Program-made: the position numbers and the translations under genes
Assembly: GCA_052387355.1 (NCBI GenBank)
Contig: JBQTJG010000551.1
Location: 1 to 53,284 of the forward strand
DNA: 53,284 bases
From: Armatimonadota bacterium
GTDB lineage: Bacteria > Sysuimicrobiota > Sysuimicrobiia > Sysuimicrobiales > Humicultoraceae
Reading direction: 5' to 3'
The notes under the pieces: model-generated
What the model saw: the letters and a program-made list of their open reading frames with translations, nothing else
Database searches by the model: none
What the model was told of the DNA's origin: nothing
In this document: one piece after another, positions 46,273-53,284 of the stretch
How positions within the stretch are numbered: position 1 is the stretch's first letter
How the letters are laid out: every line of letters begins with the position of its first letter

Positions 46273-46280
46273 GGACCACC

Positions 46281-47354
46281 ATGCAGGTCCGGCTGGACGG
46301 CGTCGTCAAGCGCTTCAAAGCCGTCGAGGCGATGGCCGGCGTGTCGCTTGCGATCAACGACGGCGAGTTCTTCACGCTGCTCGGGCCGTCTGGATGCGGC
46401 AAGACCACCACGCTGCGCGTCGTCGCCGGCTTCTACGACCCCGACGAAGGCACCGTCGCCTTCGGTGACACGCTGATGCACGGCGTGCCGCCGGCCGAAC
46501 GCGGGATCGGGATCGTCTTTCAGAACTACGCGCTCTGGCCGCACATGACGGTCTTCGACAACGTGGCCTACGGGCTGCGGATCCAGCGCGTGTCCATCTC
46601 TGACATCACGCTGCGGGTTCGCAGCGCGCTGCATCAGGTGGGCCTGGAAGGGCTGGAGCATCGTACGCCGGGCCAACTCAGCGGCGGCCAGCAGCAGCGT
46701 GTCGCGGTTGCCCGCGCGCTGGTGCTGAACCCCCGGGTGCTGCTGCTCGATGAACCGTTGTCCAACCTCGACGCGAAGGTGCGGGCAAGGCTCCGCAGTG
46801 AGATCCGGCGCCTGCAGCAGGATCTGCGCATCACGACGATCTACGTGACCCATGATCAAGAGGAAGCGCTGGTGCTGTCCGACCGGATCGCGGTGATGAA
46901 CGCCGGCCGGGTTCTTCAGGTCGGGACGCCGAGCGATCTGTACGAGCGTCCGGTCAGCCTCTTCGTGGCCGACTTTGTCGGCATCAACAACCTGGTTCCT
47001 GGCACTGTCACCGAGGTGGCCAACGGCGTGGCCAGGCTCGAGACGGCCGCCGGCCTGGTGCGGGGCGTCGCAGTCGGGCCGGTCGCCGCCGGCACCAAGG
47101 CCGTGATGGCGATCAGACCGGAAAACCTTATCCTCGAGGACGGCGCGCCGGCCGCGGACGTCACGCTGCGAGGACGCATCGTGCTCTCGCAGTATCTGGG
47201 CAGCCTGATCCGCTACGAGGTTGAGGCGGGCGGCATGCCGCTGCGCGTGGACGTCAGCGATCCGAAACGCCACTCGCTCCTGGGGCCCGGCCATGAAGTG
47301 ATCGTGGGATTCCAGGCAACGTCTGCGCAAGTCTTTCCCGCGGAGGGCGCATGA
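46281..47354 (+). CDS. ABC ATPase (FbpC/PotA-like, TOBE domain)
   Basis: GPSGCGKTT, FQNYALWPHM, LSGGQQQR, LLLDEPLSNLD, VTHDQEEA. Confidence 0.92.
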   Translation: MQVRLDGVVKRFKAVEAMAGVSLAINDGEFFTLLGPSGCGKTTTLRVVAGFYDPDEGTVAFGDTLMHGVPPAERGIGIVFQNYALWPHMTVFDNVAYGLRIQRVSISDITLRVRSALHQVGLEGLEHRTPGQLSGGQQQRVAVARALVLNPRVLLLDEPLSNLDAKVRARLRSEIRRLQQDLRITTIYVTHDQEEALVLSDRIAVMNAGRVLQVGTPSDLYERPVSLFVADFVGINNLVPGTVTEVANGVARLETAAGLVRGVAVGPVAAGTKAVMAIRPENLILEDGAPAADVTLRGRIVLSQYLGSLIRYEVEAGGMPLRVDVSDPKRHSLLGPGHEVIVGFQATSAQVFPAEGA

Positions 47355-49075
47355 CCCCGCCCGCCGTCGCTGCCGCCGCGCCCCAGATCGCGGCGCGCCG
47401 CCTGCGGGTGCCCGCGATCGCGTGGGCGATTCCGCTGTATGCGTTTCTGGCGATCTTCACCGTGTATCCGCTGTTGCGGCTGTTCGTCGACGCGATCTCA
47501 ACCGAAAACGGGCGATTCACGTTGGCTCACGTCATCGATTTCGCCCAGGACTCGTTCTATCAGCGCTCGCTGCTCAACTCACTCATCGTGGCGTCGGGCA
47601 CCGTGGTCGGCTGCATCGTCATCGGGTTTCTCGCGGCGTTCCTCCTCGTGCGGTACGACTTTCCGGGTCGCGGGCTCTTCGGCTACTTGACGATGCTCCC
47701 GGTCATCATGCCGCCGCTGGTCGGCATCATGGGCCTGGTGTTCATCCTCGGGCGCGCCGGCACGGTCAACGTCATCCTCCAGGATTACCTGGGCCTGTCG
47801 AAGCCGATCAACTTTATCTACGGCTGGCACGGCGTGCTGCTCGCGATGATCCTGCACTATTTCCCGCTTATCACGCTCAACGTCGTGGACGGGCTCAGCA
47901 AACTCGACGCCTCGCTCGAGGAAGCGGCCGAGGCGATGGGCGCACGGGGGCTGCGGAAGATCCGCGATATTGTGGTCCCGCTGGTCACGCCGGGCTTCGT
48001 GTCCGGGGCAACGCTGGTCTTCATCCTGGCGTTCGCGGATTTCGCCACCCCGCTCGTGGTCGGTGTCCAGAGCCTGATCGCGTCGCAGGCCTATTTGAAC
48101 ATCGTGCAGTTCATCGACCGGCGCCTATTCAAGATGGGCATCGTGATCGGCGCGCTGATGTCGGTCATGGCGATCCTGTTCGTGATCGTGGCGCGGCGCC
48201 TCGTGGCGACGCGTGAGTATGCGGTGCTGTCGTACCGCGGTGTCGAGCGCCGCCCACTGAGCGGTGTGGCAAGGGTGCTGGCCCCCCTCTTCTTTGTGGT
48301 CATCCTCACGCTGGCCTTCCTGCCATCGCTGGGCGTGGCGCTCGCGGCGTTCGGCAGAGCCTGGGCGCTGACGCCGTTTCCGACCCGGTTCACGTTCGAG
48401 CACCTCGACACCGTGTTGCACCTCACACCGATCTATGTGATCAACACCCTGCGGTGGAGCGGCCTGGCCGCCGTCATCATCCTGGTCGTGGGCGTGCCCA
48501 CCGGATGGATGCTGGCCCGCACGACCCTGCCCGGGCGTGGGGTGGTCGACGCCATCGTCACCCTGGTGCTGGCGCTTCCGGGCACGGCCATCGGCATCGC
48601 ATACATCCGGGCGTTTCACGTCCCTGTCGCCGGCACCGATTTCATCCTGACCCGCCTGTGGATCATCATGCCGCTCGTGCTGGCCGTGCGCCGGATGCCG
48701 TATACGGTCCGCGCCACGTATGCCTCGCTGCTGGGCCTGCACCGCTCGATGGAAGAGTCGGCGGCGAGCGTGGGGGCCTCGGGCTTGCGTATCTTCTTCA
48801 ACATCACGCTGCCGCTGATCTGGCGCGGCGTGCTGGCCGGCGCGCTCTTCTCGCTGATGTTCGCGCTCCAGGAGGCCGCGGCGACGATCTTCCTCGTGCT
48901 GCCGGGATGGGAGACCATGACCGTCGGCATTTTCACGTTCTACACCTCGGGCACGATCGGGCAGGCTGCGGCGCTGGGCTTCGTGCTGATCCTGCTGTGC
49001 GCGGCGGCTCTGTACGCGGTCAACCGGCTGACCGGCGCGCGGATGGGAGGACTGTTTGGCTCGGGCGGTGGATAA
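47351..49075 (+). CDS. AfuB/FbpB-like double-domain ABC permease
   Basis: Two EAA loops (LEEAAEAMGA, MEESAASVGA), DFATP. Confidence 0.88.
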   Translation: MTPPAVAAAAPQIAARRLRVPAIAWAIPLYAFLAIFTVYPLLRLFVDAISTENGRFTLAHVIDFAQDSFYQRSLLNSLIVASGTVVGCIVIGFLAAFLLVRYDFPGRGLFGYLTMLPVIMPPLVGIMGLVFILGRAGTVNVILQDYLGLSKPINFIYGWHGVLLAMILHYFPLITLNVVDGLSKLDASLEEAAEAMGARGLRKIRDIVVPLVTPGFVSGATLVFILAFADFATPLVVGVQSLIASQAYLNIVQFIDRRLFKMGIVIGALMSVMAILFVIVARRLVATREYAVLSYRGVERRPLSGVARVLAPLFFVVILTLAFLPSLGVALAAFGRAWALTPFPTRFTFEHLDTVLHLTPIYVINTLRWSGLAAVIILVVGVPTGWMLARTTLPGRGVVDAIVTLVLALPGTAIGIAYIRAFHVPVAGTDFILTRLWIIMPLVLAVRRMPYTVRATYASLLGLHRSMEESAASVGASGLRIFFNITLPLIWRGVLAGALFSLMFALQEAAATIFLVLPGWETMTVGIFTFYTSGTIGQAAALGFVLILLCAAALYAVNRLTGARMGGLFGSGGG

Positions 49076-49892
49076 CGCGCAAACGATCGTGCGCAGACCC
49101 GGGCGGCTGTTTGCAGGGTACGCCTTCGATCTCGACGGGACGGTCTATCTGGGCGACGCGCTGCTTCCGGGCGCCGAGTGTGCGATCCGAGGGCTGCGCG
49201 CCGCCGGGCGGCCGATCGTTTTCATTTCCAACAACCCGCTGCGCAGCCGTCAGGACTATGTGGCGAAACTGGGGCGTCTGGGGATTCCCGCGTCAGTCGA
49301 GAGCGTCGTGAACTCATCGTACGTGCTCGTGCATCACCTGCTGCAGACCGCGCCCCGCGCGCGTCTCTTCGTCATCGGGGAGGCGTCGGTGCGCGAAGAG
49401 TTGATCCAGGCCGGGTTTGCGCTGACCGACCACCCGGGGGACGTGGACATCGTGGTGGCCTGCTTCGACCGCACGTTCGAGTACCGCAAGCTGCAGACCG
49501 CCTTTGATGCAATCCGCAGAGGCGCCCGTTTCATCGCCACCAATCGCGACGCATACTGTCCGACACCCGAGGGCGGACTGCCGGACTGCGGGGCGATCAT
49601 CGCCGCGGTGGAAGCCTGCACAGGCCATCAAGTGGAAGAGGTTGTAGGCAAACCGTCGGCCACCATGGGCCGGGTGCTGGTCGAACGGCTGGGCACCCCG
49701 CCGGGCGACAGCCTCATCGTGGGCGATCGGCTCGAGACCGATATCGCGATGGGCATGACGGCCGGCATGGTGACAGCGGTGGTGCTGACCGGCGTCACGA
49801 CGGCAGAAGCGGCGCGATCGGCCGATCCGCAGCCTGCTTTCATCCTCGAACGGCTCGATCAATTGCTGCCAGACTCACGCGAATCCGACTGA
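49056..49892 (+). CDS. HAD-IIA (NagD-like) phosphatase
   Basis: FDLDGT, SNN, ATNRD, VGKP, VGDRLETDI, VLTG. Confidence 0.9.
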   Translation: MARAVDNAQTIVRRPGRLFAGYAFDLDGTVYLGDALLPGAECAIRGLRAAGRPIVFISNNPLRSRQDYVAKLGRLGIPASVESVVNSSYVLVHHLLQTAPRARLFVIGEASVREELIQAGFALTDHPGDVDIVVACFDRTFEYRKLQTAFDAIRRGARFIATNRDAYCPTPEGGLPDCGAIIAAVEACTGHQVEEVVGKPSATMGRVLVERLGTPPGDSLIVGDRLETDIAMGMTAGMVTAVVLTGVTTAEAARSADPQPAFILERLDQLLPDSRESD

Positions 49893-49893
49893 C

Positions 49894-50643
49894 ATGGTAC
49901 AGCGCCGTCCCGCCGTCATCGCGCATCGTGGGGCGTCGGGCGAGGCGCCCGAGAATACCCTGGCAGCGTATCGGCGCGCGCTGGACCTGGGGGTCGATGC
50001 CGTGGAGCTCGATGTCCACCTGTCCGCGGATGGCGAGCCGGTCGTCATCCACGACCCTCTCCTGGACCGGACCACCGACGGCCACGGCCTCGTGAAGGAT
50101 CACACCGCGGAGGCCCTGCACCGCCTGGATGCGGGAGGCTGGTTTGGCGCGCGCTTCACGGGCGAGCGGATTCCCCTGCTGGCCGAGGCCCTCGATCTGC
50201 TCCGCCCGGTCAGGGTCCTCATCGAGATCAAGAACTGCCCGATCTACTACCCAGGGATCGCGGCGCGCGTGGCGGCGGTCGTGCGTAATGTAGGGCACCG
50301 TGCGGTCACGGTGTCGTCGTTCGACCACCCGGTGCTCCTGGAGATGAACGCCGCCGCGCCCGACATCGAGACCGCCGTCCTGTATTCAGCGCGCCCTGTT
50401 GATCCTGTTCGACTGGCGCGAGATGCCCGGGCGAGTGTCCTACACCCGCAATGGGTCTACGTCACGCCCTACGCGGTGACCTCAGCGCGCACCGCTGATC
50501 TGCGAATCGAAACCTGGACGGTCGACGAGCCCGCGCACCTGACCCACGTGGTGGGCCTTGCCGTCGACGGGATCATCACGAATTATCCGGACCGCTTGAT
50601 CGCCGTGCTCGCAGGATCGTCCACTACACCGGGGAACCGCTAG
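49894..50643 (+). CDS. Glycerophosphodiester phosphodiesterase (GlpQ/UgpQ family, cytoplasmic)
   Basis: AHRGASGEAPENT, ELDV, HD..LDRTT, IEIK, WTVD, GIITNYP. Confidence 0.92.
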   Translation: MVQRRPAVIAHRGASGEAPENTLAAYRRALDLGVDAVELDVHLSADGEPVVIHDPLLDRTTDGHGLVKDHTAEALHRLDAGGWFGARFTGERIPLLAEALDLLRPVRVLIEIKNCPIYYPGIAARVAAVVRNVGHRAVTVSSFDHPVLLEMNAAAPDIETAVLYSARPVDPVRLARDARASVLHPQWVYVTPYAVTSARTADLRIETWTVDEPAHLTHVVGLAVDGIITNYPDRLIAVLAGSSTTPGNR

Positions 50644-52289
50644 GCCGCCACCGTCCAGCCGCGCTCTCGATCCCGCTCCGCCTCGTATGCGTCTCGTTGC
50701 CGGCGGGTCTCCGCCGCGTCCCACAGGAGCTCGCGGGCCATCAACGCGCACACAGTCTCGACGGCCTGATCCGCAGCCGCGACATCGATCGCCGCGAGCC
50801 TGGTCCGGAGAAACATGCCGTCCACGAGGGTCATGGCCAGCTCGGCTCTGCACCCGTACACGACCTCGGCGGCGATGCTGGAGACGACAGGAGCCAATCG
50901 CCCGGCCAGCGCAGGCTCGGCGCGCGTCAAGGCCAGCACGTCGCGCGCCGCCGATCCATACGATTCGAGCAGGTGCGTCTGCTGATCGTCCGCGAATCCG
51001 GCCGCGGCAATCTCGGCGCGGACGGACTCGAGCCCATCGGCGCCGGCCAGCGGCATCGTTGCAGTGCGGCACGCTCGGCCGCTGCCATCGCGGGCGACGA
51101 TCGCGTCGACCGTATCCTCGGCCATCCTGCGGTAGCTCGTGAGTTTCCCGCCAACGATGCTGATGACGCCGCCCGGAGAGGTCATCACGCTGTGGTCGCG
51201 GGCCATCGCCGAGGTCGATCCTCCGGCGGCGACGGCCACGAGCGGCCGGATGCCCGCCCACGCCGCGGTCACGTCCTCACGCCGGAGGGGCCGCCGCAGA
51301 TATCGGTTGGCGTGGTCGAGGAGATAGGCGACCTCTTCGGGTGTCACCCGAGGCGCCGCGAGATCGCCCTCGTAGTGGTCGTCGGTCGTGCCCAACAGCG
51401 GACGGCCGGCCCAAGGCACGATGAAAGCCAGACGCCCATCGTCGGTCTCAGGGATGACAATGGCGGTCGGGAGATCAACGGCGCCGGCGCGGAGGACCAG
51501 GTGCGCGCCCTTGCTGTGGCGGATCCGAAACGCGGGAGTCCGGTCGAGTGCCGCGACCCGCTCGCCCCAGATGCCGGCGGCGTTGACGACGACCCGCGCG
51601 CTGACCTCGAGCGTTCGACCGCTCAGGCGATCGCGGACACGGGCGCCGGTCACCTTGTCACCGCTTCGGAGCAGTTCGATCACCTCAGCGTAATTGAGGG
51701 TCGCCGCATCATGGGCGCGGGCGGTGGCGAGCACGGCGTGCGTCAACCGGACATCATCGGTGCGCGCATCGTAGTAGACCAGCGCCGCCCGCAGACCGCG
51801 GGTGCGCAGATCGGGGATCGTCCGCTCAACAGCAGTAAGCGAGATCGCGCGATGCCGAAGGTCTGGGCTGCGCGCGAACAGATCATAGGCGAACAGCCCG
51901 GCCCGGATACCCCACGGCGCGAACGCCCGTGCGATCGCCGGCATCGCCACGCCCAGAGGCCGGCGCGCGTCCCAGTAGAGGGGAATCACGAACGGCAGGG
52001 GGTGGACCAGATGCGGCGCCAGGCGCAACAACCGTGTGCGCTCGCGCAACCCTTCGCGGACCAGCGAGACGCGTCGCTGAGGGAGGTAGCGGATCCCGCC
52101 GTGCACCAGCTTCGTCGACCGGCTGCTTGTCCCACCGGCGAAGTCGGCCTGATCCACCAGTCCGACGCGGTAGCCTCGGCTGGCCGCGTCCAGGGCCACT
52201 CCGGCACCGGTAATCCCGCCGCCGATGACGAGCACCTCTACACCGCGTGATAAACGGTCGAGCTGTTCGCCCCGGGAAATGGATCGCAT
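50640..52289 (-). CDS. glpD: FAD-dependent glycerol-3-phosphate dehydrogenase/oxidase
   Basis: IGGGITGAG, GTSSRSTKLVHGGIRYL, GTTD, AGIRPL, GGKLTSYR. Confidence 0.92.
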   Translation of the reverse strand: MRSISRGEQLDRLSRGVEVLVIGGGITGAGVALDAASRGYRVGLVDQADFAGGTSSRSTKLVHGGIRYLPQRRVSLVREGLRERTRLLRLAPHLVHPLPFVIPLYWDARRPLGVAMPAIARAFAPWGIRAGLFAYDLFARSPDLRHRAISLTAVERTIPDLRTRGLRAALVYYDARTDDVRLTHAVLATARAHDAATLNYAEVIELLRSGDKVTGARVRDRLSGRTLEVSARVVVNAAGIWGERVAALDRTPAFRIRHSKGAHLVLRAGAVDLPTAIVIPETDDGRLAFIVPWAGRPLLGTTDDHYEGDLAAPRVTPEEVAYLLDHANRYLRRPLRREDVTAAWAGIRPLVAVAAGGSTSAMARDHSVMTSPGGVISIVGGKLTSYRRMAEDTVDAIVARDGSGRACRTATMPLAGADGLESVRAEIAAAGFADDQQTHLLESYGSAARDVLALTRAEPALAGRLAPVVSSIAAEVVYGCRAELAMTLVDGMFLRTRLAAIDVAAADQAVETVCALMARELLWDAAETRRQRDAYEAERDRERGWTVAA

Positions 52290-52364
52290 TGTCTGCGGCC
52301 TCTGTCGTCAGCGTAGCATGTGCGATTGCGGCGGGAAAGGCGCACCTGGCGCCGCGTGCGGCGG

Positions 52365-52393
52365 TTGCGGGGTCCCTGGGGCTCTGCTATTCT
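52365..52393 (+). promoter_or_regulatory. Sigma-A-type promoter with extended -10 for ispH
   Basis: TTGCGG (52365-52370), 17-nt spacer, TGcTATTCT (-10 at 52388-52393). Confidence 0.55.
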
Positions 52394-52431
52394 CAATGCC
52401 GGATGGCGGTGCGTCGCCGGTGAGGTGGATC

Positions 52432-53284
52432 GTGGAAGTCATTCTGGCCAGGCACCAAGGCTTCTGTGGTGGCGTGCGACGGGCGGTCGAGATGTCCGAG
52501 GCCGCGGCGCGTCAGCACGCCGGCGGGGTGCAGACCTGGGGCCCGCTGATCCACAACCCCCAGGTCGTCGATCGGCTCGAGGCGGCTGGTGTCGGGGTCA
52601 CGGAAGACCTCACGGGGCTCGGCGGTGAGGCGTTCGTCGTCTCCGCGTACGGCGTTGAGCACGACGTGCTCGAAGCGGCGGAGGCTCGCGGCATGAAGAT
52701 CATCGATGCCACCTGCCCGGTCGTCACGCGCGCCCATTCCCTCGCGTTCAAGCTCGTCGAGGAAGGATATCAGGTCATCGCGGTAGGCGATCACGGCCAT
52801 CCTGAGATGGTGACCCTCAAGGAGGCCCTGGGCGACCGCGTCACTGTCGTCCACACACGCGAGGAAGCGGCGGTTGTGAGGCTGCGCGGCAAGATCGGCG
52901 TGATCTCACAGACAACGCAGTCGATGCAGAACTTCAAGGAGATCGTCGGCGACATCGCGCTCCGCACCAAAGAGCTGAAGGTCGTCAATACCCTCTGCCC
53001 CGCCATCACCGTCAGGCAAGAGGAGGCCGAGGTGCTCGTCGATCGGGTCGACGCCCTCGTCGTGGTCGGCGGGCACCACAGCAGCAACACGACCCGTCTC
53101 GCTGAGATCGGCACGGCCCACACACTGCCCACCTATCACATCGAGACGCCTGACGAGCTCGATCCGGCCTGGTTTGCCGGCATCGGACGAGTTGGCGTCA
53201 TGTCGGGCGCCTCCACCCCAGACTGGATCATTGCTGAAGTTGTCCGCCGGCTCCAGGAGATCGGAGCCCGGATGGAGGAGCCCG
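52432..53284 (+). CDS. ispH: 4-hydroxy-3-methylbut-2-enyl diphosphate reductase (3' truncated, missing from the ORF track)
   Basis: MEVILARHQGFCGGVRRAV, LIHN, DATCP, HPE, QTT, NTLCPA, SSNT, SGASTP; three Fe-S Cys present; no stop before the window end. Confidence 0.93.
   Translation, partial: MEVILARHQGFCGGVRRAVEMSEAAARQHAGGVQTWGPLIHNPQVVDRLEAAGVGVTEDLTGLGGEAFVVSAYGVEHDVLEAAEARGMKIIDATCPVVTRAHSLAFKLVEEGYQVIAVGDHGHPEMVTLKEALGDRVTVVHTREEAAVVRLRGKIGVISQTTQSMQNFKEIVGDIALRTKELKVVNTLCPAITVRQEEAEVLVDRVDALVVVGGHHSSNTTRLAEIGTAHTLPTYHIETPDELDPAWFAGIGRVGVMSGASTPDWIIAEVVRRLQEIGARMEEP

Noticed and set aside
2398-52250. Many long alternative-frame and antisense ORFs (e.g. 3152-4126, 10532-12034, 29815-30849, 50697-52250)
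   Set aside because: They shadow well-supported genes, lack family motifs and are expected from high GC3 codon bias.
1-53284. CRISPR arrays, rRNA, transposases, defence or toxin-antitoxin systems
   Set aside because: No regularly spaced repeats or recognisable motifs were seen; the MazG-like gene alone is not evidence of a defence system.

Overview
High-GC bacterial chromosomal segment, mostly housekeeping and transport genes. The T-box, scpAB, comEA and sigma-H-like promoters suggest a Terrabacteria lineage (inference only). In order: end of a LIV-type ABC operon; a DUF2231/OmpR-family regulator/histidine kinase operon; kbl-moeA-moaC-moaB-DUF355; T-box-controlled ilvE-leuS; comEA; an ECF sigma/anti-sigma/RseB-like trio with a MazG-like gene and a dipeptidase; a pdaD-speE-speB polyamine operon; a VanZ-like gene and a secreted glycoside-hydrolase-like protein; a rearranged LIV-type/acyl-CoA ligase cluster interrupted by a peptide ABC cassette; lysA through scpAB, dac, btuF/D, cmk and plsC; a glycerophosphodiester/G3P-type block; and a truncated ispH. 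The standout feature is a complete leucine-specifier T-box leader (about 9446-9782) whose Stem III encloses an intact 75-nt tRNA-Ala(GGC)-like cloverleaf with encoded CCA. A recurring AGGA-N17/18-G(A/T)AN promoter-like motif sits in several intergenic regions. I saw no CRISPR array, rRNA, transposase or integrase. All calls come from motif recognition by eye; no database searches were run.
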